32,404 nt of DNA from Steroidobacteraceae bacterium (GTDB lineage: Bacteria; Pseudomonadota; Gammaproteobacteria; Steroidobacterales; Steroidobacteraceae), in the NCBI GenBank assembly GCA_035317945.1, contig DATHFW010000246.1:1-32404 (forward strand), in the 5' to 3' direction. A program made the position numbers and the translations under genes. Below, in pieces: positions 16,059 to 27,512 of the stretch (its first letter is position 1; each line of letters begins with the position of its first letter). Below the pieces are notes generated by a model. The model did not search any database and had not been told where the DNA came from. It was given only the letters and a program-made list of their open reading frames with translations.

Positions 16059-17054
16059 TTAAGCCCAGAGCGCTTTGAGCCGATCGAGCATCAAGCCTCG
16101 CACCTGGCCGATCTGGGTGTCGTCGGAGGTGAACAGGGGCGGATTACGCCGCAGCATGGGCCAACGCTCGCTGCGCAGCACACGGTGCAAGTAGCCCAGG
16201 TTGCGCTCGATAGCCTCAAGATAAGGATTTTTGCCGCCGAACAAGCATTCGAGGTAGCGGTAAGCGTGCTCGAACTCACCCTCGAGGCGCGCGACGAATG
16301 TTTCGCGCACGAACTCAGGCGTTTGGCGCAAGAGATCCAGCCCCGAGCTGTAGCGAACCCGCAGCGAGCCATCGACATCCGTCGTGGCGGCAACGCCGCC
16401 CAGCACGAATTCCGGATAGAGCCGATCGCGGCATTTCTCCAAGTAGCATCGATCCGCCATTTGGGCGATCAAATCCGCAGTGCCCAACAGGTGACCCAGC
16501 TTGCGATCCTTCGGATCGGCGAGCTGAATCATATTGAGCTTGACTTCATAACCGGTGAAATGAACGATCCGCGTCGCCACCGGCACCCAATTTTCGAGGC
16601 CGATGCTCGGCAAGTAGCGCGCGAGGAAACGCGCGCTGCGCGTCACGTGATAGAGGGTGAACTCGGCGCCATTGCTGTGCTGGCGGTCATCGAATTCCCG
16701 GATGTAGCCGGCGTCATGAAACAGCGAGGTCACCAGCGCCATGACCACGCGCTCGCCGCCGAAGCGCAAACGGCTCTCGACGGTGCGCTCATAGCCGGCC
16801 AGCAGCCGCGCCATGGCGAGCGTCATGTCGAGCGAGTGCTGGCGATCGTGGTAAAGGGTGTCGACGCCGTGATAGCCGGGCATGCGGCCGGTAAAAAGCT
16901 TGTCGAAATCTTCGAACGCAGCCGCGACCTTGTCGAAGGATTCGGACGGCCACGCGGTTGTAAAGAGTTCCCTGACCGCTGCGGCTACAGCAGCCGTGGA
17001 ACTGACTTGGACGGAGTTCGCAACGTCGAAGTCGTTACGTCGGAGGTCGTACAT
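16059..17054 (-). CDS. HD-domain metal-dependent phosphohydrolase family protein
   Basis: 'YHDRQHSLDMT', 'LFHDAGY' and 'GTADL' form an H..HD..D pattern. ATG 17054 is chosen as the start, and the ORF-track start at 17084 is a TTG. Neither start has a good SD (see the uORF finding). Confidence 0.65.
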   Translation of the reverse strand: MYDLRRNDFDVANSVQVSSTAAVAAAVRELFTTAWPSESFDKVAAAFEDFDKLFTGRMPGYHGVDTLYHDRQHSLDMTLAMARLLAGYERTVESRLRFGGERVVMALVTSLFHDAGYIREFDDRQHSNGAEFTLYHVTRSARFLARYLPSIGLENWVPVATRIVHFTGYEVKLNMIQLADPKDRKLGHLLGTADLIAQMADRCYLEKCRDRLYPEFVLGGVAATTDVDGSLRVRYSSGLDLLRQTPEFVRETFVARLEGEFEHAYRYLECLFGGKNPYLEAIERNLGYLHRVLRSERWPMLRRNPPLFTSDDTQIGQVRGLMLDRLKALWA

Positions 17055-17064
17055 CGCAATGAGT

Positions 17065-17091
17065 TTAGGCTTTAAGGCCCCCAAGCGCCAT
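17065..17091 (-). other. candidate 8-codon upstream ORF (MALGGLKA*) with the only strong SD in this intergenic region
   Basis: The minus strand reads AAGGAGAA-N8-ATG GCG CTT GGG GGC CTT AAA GCC TAA. The stop lies 10 nt before ATG 17054, and the uORF is out of frame with the HD ORF. Confidence 0.2.
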
Positions 17092-17169
17092 GTAACTACT
17101 TCTCCTTGTGGACGTAGCTCACAGTATTAAGTTAAGCAGCAGGCCGGAGGGGCCGCCGGAAATCCGCAT

Positions 17170-17763
17170 TTAGTAAACTTTGATGCCGCCGAATTTGTCC
17201 CTGATGCGCCGCGCCAACGTCGCGTAACCCAGCCAAAAACCGCACGCCAAGCCGATGAGGAGGGCGATGCCGGCGATCAGCGGCCAGAGTGTCTCCACGG
17301 GAGCCTGGATGGCGGTGAGCGGACCTGTGGCCGGCTGCGCAGGCGCTGCCGGCGATGTCGCGCCGCCGCGCGCTGCAGCCAGCTCGCTTTGCCTTGCAGC
17401 AAGTTCTTGTTTGAGCCGCTCCACCTCGCTGCGCGCCGCCGCCTCGGCCAGGGCGGGCGTGGTGGCGCGGGTGCGATCAAGCTCCTCTTCGAGCCGCTTG
17501 ACTCGAACCACGGCAGGTTCCGTGGCTGTCAGGAAGGCCGTTTTCACCCAGCCGGTGGTTCCGTCAGCCAGGCGTACTTGGGTGAAATCGCCGTTTTGCA
17601 CCAGCGTCTCGACGCGGGTTCCCGAGTGCAGCGTGGCCAGTCGTTGACCTTGGTTGTTCTCCTCGGCATAGACGCCGAGCACCAGCTCGTCGCTCACGTA
17701 AGCGGTGGCCGCCACACCCCGCACCGCCGCCAGCGCCAGCAGCAATGCGGCCAGCCGCTTCAC
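17170..17763 (-). CDS. SH3-domain membrane protein (YgiM/TIGR04211-like)
   Basis: GTG 17763 overlaps the prlC stop (GTGA). The order is signal peptide '(M)KRLAALLLALAAVRGVAA', an SH3b-like segment 'GTRVETLVQNGDFTQVRLADGTTGWV', a coiled coil, and a C-terminal TM 'LIAGIALLIGLACGFWLGY'. The 65-codon upstream part of the ORF-track frame is Arg-rich and overlaps prlC. Confidence 0.75.
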   Translation of the reverse strand: MKRLAALLLALAAVRGVAATAYVSDELVLGVYAEENNQGQRLATLHSGTRVETLVQNGDFTQVRLADGTTGWVKTAFLTATEPAVVRVKRLEEELDRTRATTPALAEAAARSEVERLKQELAARQSELAAARGGATSPAAPAQPATGPLTAIQAPVETLWPLIAGIALLIGLACGFWLGYATLARRIRDKFGGIKVY

Positions 17764-19778
17764 GCGGCGATTCCGGTTTGTTTGAGCAGGGGCCGCACGT
17801 CGGGCTGGCGCCCGCGAAATCGAACGAACGCGTCCATGGCATCGACACTGCCGCCGCGGGCGAGAATGGATTCGCGAAACCGCGCCGCCGTCTCGGCGTC
17901 GAAAACGCCGGCTTCCTCGAATGCTTCGAAAGCATCGGCGGCCAGCACTTCGGCCCATTTGTAACTGTAGTAACCGGCCGCATAGCCCCCGGCAAAAATG
18001 TGCGCGAAGCTGGCGGGCATGCGATTGAACGGGGCGGCCGGCACCACGGCCACCCGCCGCCGCACGGCGGCCAGGGTCTCGGCGACGTTCGCTCCCAGCT
18101 TGGCGTCGAAATTTGCGTGCAGTTCAAAATCAAAGGTGGCGAGTTCGATTTGCCGCAGCGTGTCGAGCGCGGCGTTGAAAGTGCGCGTACCGAGCAGGCG
18201 TTGCAGCATGTCGACGGGCAGAGTCTCGCCGGTATCGATGTGCGCCGAAATCAGCGGCAGCACCTCGGCACGCCACACGAAGTTTTCCATGAATTGGCTC
18301 GGTAACTCGACCGCGTCCCATGCGACACCGTTGATGCCGGCGATGCTCGGATACGCCACACGCGTCAGCATGTGATGCAAGCCGTGCCCAAACTCGTGAA
18401 ACAGCGTGATGACCTCGTCATGCGTCAGCTGTGAGGGTTGCGCGCCGACGGGGGCCGTGAAATTGCAGACCAGCTGCGCCACCGGCAGCGCCGTGCCCGA
18501 AGGCAGCGCCTTGGCGACGACGCATTCGTCCATCCAGGCGCCGCTGCGCTTCTCGCTGCGCGAATACGGATCGAGGAAAAACCCGGCCACGGCGCGCCCG
18601 TCCTTGTCGAGCAGATCGTAGAAGCGCACGCTCGGATGCCAGACGCTGACATCGCCGCGCGCTCGGACGCTCACGCCATACAGTCGCTGCGTCAATGCGA
18701 ACAGTCCGTCCAATACCTTCGGCAGCGGAAAATAGGGGCGCAGTGCTTCCTGCGACACTCTGTAGCGGCTTTCTTGGAGCCGCTCGCTGTAGAACGCCAA
18801 GTCCCAGGCGTTGAGCTTGCGGCCCGCGAATTCCTCGAGGTCCAAAAACTCCTCGCGCGCCGCAGGCCTGCAGCGCCGCGCCAAGTCGTCCAGAAAGGCG
18901 AGCACCTGCTTGCTGCTCTTGGCCATGCGGGTGGCGAGCGCATAGTCGGCGAAATTCGCAAAACCCAAAAGCCTGGCGAGCTCGTCGCGCAGCGGCAGAA
19001 TTTCCGCAATGATGCTGTTGTTGTCGAAGCGTCCGGCGCTCGGGCCCAGCTCCGACGCGCGCGTGATCCAGGCTTCGTAGAAGTCGCGGCGCAGTTGCGC
19101 GTTTTCCGCGCTCGCCATGATGGTCATGTAGGTGGGTTGATCGAGTTTGAACAACCAGCCGGCTTGATGGGCCTCGCGTGCATCGGCTGCGGCGCGATCG
19201 ACCGCGTTGCTGGGCAGGCCCGCAAGTTCCGCGCTATTCGTGACGCTGCGGGTATAAGCACGGCCGGCATCGAGCACATTTTCGGAAAACTTCGTGGCCA
19301 AATGCGCCAGGCGCTGCGCCACTTCGCGATAGCGGGTTTTCTGGTCCGCCGGTAGATCGACGCCCGCCAATCGGAAGTCACGCAAGGCATTTTCCAGCAG
19401 TTTGCGTTGCGCCGGATCGAGCGCAGCGCTTTCGGTTTTCAGCACGTGGGCGTAGCCGGCCTGCAGCGCGGCGTTTTGGCCCAGCTCCGAGGAGTACTCG
19501 GTGAGCAGCGGCACGCATTCGTTGTATGCCTCGCGCATCTGCGCGGAATTCGCGACCGCATTCAGATGCGAGATCGGGCTGAACACCCGGCTCAAGCGGT
19601 AGCTCAGTTCCTCGACGGGTACGACCAGCGAGGCAAAAGTCGGATTGGCTTGCGCCGTCAGCTCCGCGAGGCGCGCGCGGTTCTCCGCCAGTACTATTTC
19701 GAGTGCCGGACGAGCGTGGCTCGCCTCGATACGCCCGAAGTCCGGTAATGCGCCCAGTTCTAGAAGTGGATTGTTCAC
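17760..19778 (-). CDS. prlC: oligopeptidase A (M3 family zinc metallopeptidase)
   Basis: 672 aa from a GTG start. The N-terminus 'MNNPLL' matches PrlC. The zinc motif is 'FHEFGHGLHHMLT'. Confidence 0.93.
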   Translation of the reverse strand: MNNPLLELGALPDFGRIEASHARPALEIVLAENRARLAELTAQANPTFASLVVPVEELSYRLSRVFSPISHLNAVANSAQMREAYNECVPLLTEYSSELGQNAALQAGYAHVLKTESAALDPAQRKLLENALRDFRLAGVDLPADQKTRYREVAQRLAHLATKFSENVLDAGRAYTRSVTNSAELAGLPSNAVDRAAADAREAHQAGWLFKLDQPTYMTIMASAENAQLRRDFYEAWITRASELGPSAGRFDNNSIIAEILPLRDELARLLGFANFADYALATRMAKSSKQVLAFLDDLARRCRPAAREEFLDLEEFAGRKLNAWDLAFYSERLQESRYRVSQEALRPYFPLPKVLDGLFALTQRLYGVSVRARGDVSVWHPSVRFYDLLDKDGRAVAGFFLDPYSRSEKRSGAWMDECVVAKALPSGTALPVAQLVCNFTAPVGAQPSQLTHDEVITLFHEFGHGLHHMLTRVAYPSIAGINGVAWDAVELPSQFMENFVWRAEVLPLISAHIDTGETLPVDMLQRLLGTRTFNAALDTLRQIELATFDFELHANFDAKLGANVAETLAAVRRRVAVVPAAPFNRMPASFAHIFAGGYAAGYYSYKWAEVLAADAFEAFEEAGVFDAETAARFRESILARGGSVDAMDAFVRFRGRQPDVRPLLKQTGIAA

Positions 19779-19854
19779 CCGTCAATTCTAGCAGACAGGC
19801 TCGTGCGGCAAGCGCCGCTGCGAACACGTATCATGGCGCTCTTCCTTTTGATGG

Positions 19855-21216
19855 ATGGAATCGGCAGTGTCTACTTCAGCATTCGACCTCATCAGCATCG
19901 GCGGCGGCAGCGGCGGTCTTGCCTGCGCGCAGCGCGCCGCAGAATTCGGCGCCAAGACTGCGGTGATCGAACCGCAGCGGCTGGGAGGGACCTGCGTGAA
20001 CGTGGGATGCGTTCCGAAGAAAATCATGTGGAACGCGTCGGGTGTCGCATTGAGCCTGCAGGATGCGGGCGACTACGGCTTCGATGTCAAAGTGGGGATG
20101 AGCGACTGGGCGGAATTGAAGCGCAAGCGCGATGCCTACGTGCTGCGCTTGAACGGAATCTACGAACGCAATCTTGGCGCAAAGGGCGTGGCCTATGTGC
20201 GAGGAGCCGCCCGCTTCGTGGATGCGCATACCGTCGAGGTGAACGGCCAGCGCTTGAGCGCGCGGCACATCGTGATCGCCACCGGGAGCAAGCCGGTGTT
20301 GCCTAAAATCCCCGGTGCGGAGTTTGGCATCAGTTCGGACGGCTTTTTCGATCTCGAAACTCGTCCCCATCGAGTCGCCGTCGTCGGCAGCGGCTACATT
20401 GCCTGCGAACTGGCGGCTTCCTTTCATGAACTCGGCAGCCAGGTGGAGCATTTCATCCGCAAGGAGCGGCTCCTGACGAATTTCGATGTGATGCTCGGCA
20501 AGTCCTTGATGCGGGAAGTCCGCGCCTTGGGCATGGTCGTTCAAGAAAACGTGTTGCCGGCCTCGGTGCGCCATGTGTCGGGCAAAAAGACTCTGGTGGC
20601 GCACGACGGCCGCGAATTTACCGGCTTCGATTGTGTGTTGTGGGCAATCGGCCGCGATGCGAATGTCGCGGGGCTCGATTTGCAAAAGGCCGGCGTAGCG
20701 CTCGACGACTCGAGCTACGTCGTCACCGACGGCTTTCAAAATACCAATGTCGCAGGCGTGTACGCCATCGGCGATGTCACCGGCCGGGCGGCGCTGACGC
20801 CGGTGGCCATCGCGGCGGGCAGGCGCTTGAGCGACAGGCTCTTCGGCGGCAAGCCTGAACGGCATCTGGACTACAACATGATTCCGACGGTGATCTTTAC
20901 GCACCCGCCCATCGGCACCGTGGGCGCCAGCGAAGCGGAAGCGCGCGCGCAGTATGGTGACGCCGTGAAAGTGTATGTGGCCGATTTCACGCCCATGTAT
21001 CACGCGATGACGGCACGGAAAACGCATACCGACATGAAACTGGTTTGCGTGGGTCCCGAACAGCGCATCGTCGGCTGCCACATCCTGGGTGCCGGCGCCG
21101 ACGAAATGCTGCAGGGATTCGCCGTGGCGATCCGCATGGGTGCCACCAAGGCGGATTTCGACGATACCGTGGCCATCCACCCGACCAGCGCGGAAGAATT
21201 GGTCACAATGCGGTAG
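19855..21216 (+). CDS. gor: glutathione-disulfide reductase
   Basis: 453 aa. It has the FAD motif 'GGGSGG', the redox-active '[13 protein letters not shown]', and the C-terminal '[15 protein letters not shown]' typical of Gor. Confidence 0.92.
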   Translation: MESAVSTSAFDLISIGGGSGGLACAQRAAEFGAKTAVIEPQRLGGTCVNVGCVPKKIMWNASGVALSLQDAGDYGFDVKVGMSDWAELKRKRDAYVLRLNGIYERNLGAKGVAYVRGAARFVDAHTVEVNGQRLSARHIVIATGSKPVLPKIPGAEFGISSDGFFDLETRPHRVAVVGSGYIACELAASFHELGSQVEHFIRKERLLTNFDVMLGKSLMREVRALGMVVQENVLPASVRHVSGKKTLVAHDGREFTGFDCVLWAIGRDANVAGLDLQKAGVALDDSSYVVTDGFQNTNVAGVYAIGDVTGRAALTPVAIAAGRRLSDRLFGGKPERHLDYNMIPTVIFTHPPIGTVGASEAEARAQYGDAVKVYVADFTPMYHAMTARKTHTDMKLVCVGPEQRIVGCHILGAGADEMLQGFAVAIRMGATKADFDDTVAIHPTSAEELVTMR

Positions 21217-21233
21217 CACTTCGGCAGTTGTGT

Positions 21234-23749
<2,516 letters not shown>

Positions 23750-23753
<4 letters not shown>

Positions 23754-24451
23754 TGGATCACACGCAGTATCGCTCCGCCGTCATGACAGATCCGCACGAT
23801 CCGGATCCCGACCTGCGCGCGCACCGCGAGTCCTGCGCCGAGTGCCGCGTATTCACCGAGCAGCTGCTGCGCTTTGAAGCGCGGTTGGAACGCGCTTTGC
23901 TCATCGACATCCCAACCAAGTCGGTCGTGCTGCCGTTCGCGCGCAATGGCGCGCAGGGGCCTCGGCGGTGGATGGCGATGGCCGCCAGCTTGTTGTTGGC
24001 GCTGGTGATCGGCGCGGGAGTCTGGCTTACGCTGCCGCAGCGCAGCCTCGCCGCCGCTGTGGTTGCGCACATGGCAGGCGAGCCGGATGCGTGGCAACTC
24101 ACCGACGTACCCGTCCCTGACGCCGACTTGAACGACGTGCTCAAGGATTCAAAACTTCGCCTGAAACCCGACGCGGGTGTGGTCAGCTACGCCAGCAGCT
24201 GCAATTTTCGAGGACACAAGGTCCCGCACTTGGTCGTGCAAACGCAGTCGGGACCGGTGACGGTCATGGTGCTGGTGCATGAAGCGGTGCGCAAACCGAA
24301 GCAATTCGACGAGCAGGGCTATCGTGGGACCATCGTGCCCGTGCCGGGCCATGGCAGCATCGCCGTTCTGATGCGCGATGCAAACCCAGGGAGCGGCGAT
24401 GTCGAACGCATCGCTGCACGCGTTGACGATTCGATCGTCTGGACGCGCTGA
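23750..24451 (+). CDS. membrane anti-sigma factor (ZAS motif, DUF3379-like)
   Basis: The ATG overlaps the sigma-factor stop (ATGA). It has an H-x3-C-x2-C motif 'HRESCAEC' and a single TM 'WMAMAASLLLALVIGAGVWLTL'. Size and context fit DUF3379. Confidence 0.75.
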
Positions 24452-24454
24452 TTT

Positions 24455-24730
24455 TTAAATACCGACCTCGCTCAGCAAATCGATGAGCCGCCGCGCACTC
24501 GCCGCCAGCGTCGGATGTTCGGCCTCGAATTGCACCGCAACCCGCTCCAAGCGCTCCGGAAGCGTTTTGTCGACAGCGGCTTCGGCAGCGCCTGCCGGCT
24601 CATCGACCATGCGTTTCACGTCCGGAAGAATTTCGCCCAGCGATTGCCGCGTCGCGGGATTTTCTCGATGCGCATTGGCCAGTTCGGCATGTAGTTTGGC
24701 GAGCCGTTCGCGCAAAGTGGTTTCGTCCAT
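24455..24730 (-). CDS. DUF4404 family protein
   Basis: ATG 24730 is preceded by GAGGA-N7, and the ORF-track start at 24748 is a TTG. The 91 aa are helical, with 'LRERLAKLHAEL...VQFEAEHPTLAASARRLIDLLSEVGI' matching the DUF4404 pattern. Confidence 0.7.
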   Translation of the reverse strand: MDETTLRERLAKLHAELANAHRENPATRQSLGEILPDVKRMVDEPAGAAEAAVDKTLPERLERVAVQFEAEHPTLAASARRLIDLLSEVGI

Positions 24731-24756
24731 AATTGTATCCTCGGGCAAATCGTGTC

Positions 24757-25605
24757 CTATTGTGCCATTCGCTCAGGCGTGAGGCGGGCTACTTCGACGT
24801 AACCCGCACCCGCCGCGGCGATTCCCTGGTGAATTGCACCATACGCGTCGCGAAGAAACTGATCCGCGCCATACGGCGGATTGACGATCAGCAGCCCGCT
24901 ACCCGCGAGTCCCAAGCCCGCATCGTCGGGGTGAATCGCGAGATCCGCCAGCAGCATTTTCGGAATTCGCAAAGCCTCGAAACGCGCATGCACCATGCTG
25001 CGCTGAGTCGCACTGCGAATGGGATACCACATCAAGTAAATTCCGTTGGGCCAGCGCCGGTAGGCGTCCTTGAAAGCCTGCAGCATGGTCTTCAGCTCAT
25101 CGAGGCTCTCGTAGGGCGGATCGATCAGCACCAGTCCGCGCCGCTCATCCGGCGGCAGGAATGCCTTGAGCGCCGCGTAGCCGTCGTCAATTTCCGTTCG
25201 CACGCGCCCGTGAGACTCGATCTCGCGCTCCGCGGCGCGGGCCTCCGCCGGCATCAGCTCGACGAACAATGCGCGGTCCTGAGGGCGCAATTCTTGGGCG
25301 ATCAATGCCGGTGATCCGGGATAGCGCGGCAGCCGCTTGCCGCGCCGCGCGTGAATCGCCGTGAAATAGTCCGCCAAGAATTTATTGCCGGGCGCTTCGA
25401 CGATCAACCGCTGAACGCCGCGCTCCGCCTCGCCGGACTTCTGCGCTTCCGGGGCTTGCAGGTCGTAGTAGCCGCGGCCGGCATGGCTGTCGAGCGCGAA
25501 AAACCCCGCGTCCTTGCGCTTCAATGACTGCAGGCAGTACAGCAAACCGACGTGTTTGGCCACGTCGGCGAAATTGCCCGCATGATAGATGTGCCGATAA
25601 TTCAT
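24757..25605 (-). CDS. rlmJ: 23S rRNA (adenine2030-N6)-methyltransferase
   Basis: 282 aa from ATG 25605. 'MNYRHIYHAGNFADVAKH...LDSHAGRGYYDL...LIDPPYE' is the RlmJ signature. The 126-codon upstream extension in the ORF track is Arg/Ser-rich and rejected. Confidence 0.9.
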   Translation of the reverse strand: MNYRHIYHAGNFADVAKHVGLLYCLQSLKRKDAGFFALDSHAGRGYYDLQAPEAQKSGEAERGVQRLIVEAPGNKFLADYFTAIHARRGKRLPRYPGSPALIAQELRPQDRALFVELMPAEARAAEREIESHGRVRTEIDDGYAALKAFLPPDERRGLVLIDPPYESLDELKTMLQAFKDAYRRWPNGIYLMWYPIRSATQRSMVHARFEALRIPKMLLADLAIHPDDAGLGLAGSGLLIVNPPYGADQFLRDAYGAIHQGIAAAGAGYVEVARLTPERMAQ

Positions 25606-25712
25606 GCCGCATTGTGCCTGTGTTGCGCCACCGGCGCCAAAAGCCCACGCTTGCGTCGCAACCGGCAAGTGGGCAGTCTTGGTCGACCGGACATTTGCGG
25701 GGACGTACTTAA

Positions 25713-26987
25713 ATGAAAAGCGGAATATTCGAGATTGACGGCGTCGACTATCCCGACGCCGACGCCTCGGACCCCAATGGCTTGGGGTGGATGCAGGGCT
25801 CGCCGCCGCCGCAGACAAAACTGATCCGCTTCCAAGATGATCGGTTCCTGGAGTTTCCCCGAATTCGCTGGACCCTATCCCACATGCGCGAACTCGCGCC
25901 GACGGCCGCCGTATGGCGCGGCAGCGCCGCACCGAGCGATCTTGGACAAGCGCCGCCCGGCATCGAGGCCGCGATCGATGCACTCGCGTTCGAGGACTTG
26001 CAGGGCCGTAGACTCACCTGGGCGCAGTCGCTCAAACACACCTACACGGACGGCATTGTCGTCTTGCATCGCGGCCGCCGAATCTACGAACGCTACTTCG
26101 GAGCGCTCGAGGAGCAGCTGCCGCATGCCTGTTTCTCGATCACCAAATCGTATGCGGCGACACTTGCGGCAACTCTGCTTCATGAACGCGCGTTGGATGA
26201 GGCGAAGACGGTGTCGCATTACCTCCCGGAGATGGCCGGCACCGCCTACGAAGACGCGACGCTGCGCCAAGTGCTCGACATGCAAATCGGCGTGGAGTAC
26301 TCGGAGCTGTATGCTGATCCCAAGGCCCATATCTGGGACTACGGCAGAGCCGGCGGTCTGCGTCCGCGCGGACCGGATTACGCAGGACCGGGTAATTTCT
26401 ACGAATACCTGCGCACGCTGCGCAAGGAAGGAAATCACGGCGCGGCATTTGCCTACAAGACCATCAACACGGAAGTGCTGTGTTGGGTCATGAAACGAGT
26501 CACCGGCATTGCCCTGCAGGACATGCTGAGCCAGAGAATATGGTCGCAAATCGGCTGTGAAGAAGATGGTTACCTCACGGTCGATACGATTGGCGTGGCC
26601 ATGGGCGGCGGCGGGTTGAGCGCCAGTCTTCGCGACCTCAGCCGTTTCGGCGAACTGATGCGATGCGAGGGTGCCTGGCGCGGCAAGCAGGTCATACCGG
26701 CGGAAGTGATTGCCGATATTCGCCGCGGCGCCGATCCGGCCAAATTCGCCATGGCGGGCTACACGCTCCTGCCGGGCTATTCCTACCGCAACATGTGGTG
26801 GGTGTCGCACAACGCCCTGGGGGTGTTCGAAGGGCGCGGCATCCACGGCCAGCGCTTATACATCGCGCCGAAAGCGGAACTGGTGATTGCACGATTTTGT
26901 TCTCACCCGGTCGCCTCGAGCGCCGCAAATGACTCAGTCACCCTGCCGGCGTTCGCGGCCGTGAGTCACCTGCTCATGGCGGGTTGA
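25713..26987 (+). CDS. serine hydrolase, beta-lactamase/transpeptidase fold (NylB-like)
   Basis: 424 aa. It has the S-x-x-K nucleophile motif 'FSITKSY' and beta-lactamase-related family architecture. No signal peptide is obvious. Confidence 0.75.
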   Translation: MKSGIFEIDGVDYPDADASDPNGLGWMQGSPPPQTKLIRFQDDRFLEFPRIRWTLSHMRELAPTAAVWRGSAAPSDLGQAPPGIEAAIDALAFEDLQGRRLTWAQSLKHTYTDGIVVLHRGRRIYERYFGALEEQLPHACFSITKSYAATLAATLLHERALDEAKTVSHYLPEMAGTAYEDATLRQVLDMQIGVEYSELYADPKAHIWDYGRAGGLRPRGPDYAGPGNFYEYLRTLRKEGNHGAAFAYKTINTEVLCWVMKRVTGIALQDMLSQRIWSQIGCEEDGYLTVDTIGVAMGGGGLSASLRDLSRFGELMRCEGAWRGKQVIPAEVIADIRRGADPAKFAMAGYTLLPGYSYRNMWWVSHNALGVFEGRGIHGQRLYIAPKAELVIARFCSHPVASSAANDSVTLPAFAAVSHLLMAG

Positions 26988-27111
26988 GGCTCCGCCATTT
27001 AACATGTTCTCCCGGCAGTGCTTGGATTCGCGCGCCAGTTCACAGTTGCTTTGGTCGCCAACGCACGGCATCGGCTAACATTCCGTGGGTACTGTTGAGC
27101 AGGAGTGGGCG

Positions 27112-27510
27112 ATGAGCACAGTCGCGGCGGAATTGGTCGAGGCGCACGAATACGACGGCGACGAGCTGGTCCGGCGGGCGACACTCGAGCGCCGCAACTA
27201 CGAGCGCAAGTCCGTCGCCATTCACGCCAAAGTCACGGTGATGGGAATGTCGATTCTGCCGGGACACACCGTCGATATGTCGCGCGCGGGGGCCAGCATC
27301 ACGGTGCCGTTCGAACTCGCGCGCGGACAAGCATGTCTCATCGATCTGGAATTGGAAGCGTGCGGGCAGACCAGCACTTTCCACATACCCGGCGAAGTGC
27401 GCTACTGCGTGCCGATGGGCAACGGCCGCTTCCGAGCCGGTGTGCGCTTTGGCGATACGGATGCGGCGACCAGCGCGTTCATCGCGGCGATTCTAAAGAC
27501 ACCCGTCTGA
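27112..27510 (+). CDS. stand-alone PilZ domain protein (predicted c-di-GMP receptor)
   Basis: ATG 27112 is preceded by GGAG-N7. Both PilZ signature motifs are present: RxxxR ('RNYER', nt 27193-27207) and D-x-S-x-x-G ('DMSRAG'). Confidence 0.8.
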   Translation: MSTVAAELVEAHEYDGDELVRRATLERRNYERKSVAIHAKVTVMGMSILPGHTVDMSRAGASITVPFELARGQACLIDLELEACGQTSTFHIPGEVRYCVPMGNGRFRAGVRFGDTDAATSAFIAAILKTPV

Positions 27511-27512
27511 AA

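Noticed and set aside
15621-17075. 484-aa plus-strand ORF spanning the M15 peptidase 3' end and antisense to the HD-domain gene
   Set aside because: It is Arg/Ala/Gly-rich and low in information. It overlaps two ORFs that carry clear catalytic motifs, so it is an antisense artefact.
17085-17169. GC-rich CCGGCGGCCCCTCCGGCC segment after the SH3 gene, considered as an intrinsic terminator
   Set aside because: Only about 4 bp of uninterrupted pairing is possible with a sensible loop, and there is no U-tract. That is not enough to call a terminator.
18438-19355. 305-aa plus-strand ORF antisense to prlC
   Set aside because: The reasoning is the same: prlC is intact with its HEFGH motif, and the antisense product is Arg/Ala-rich.
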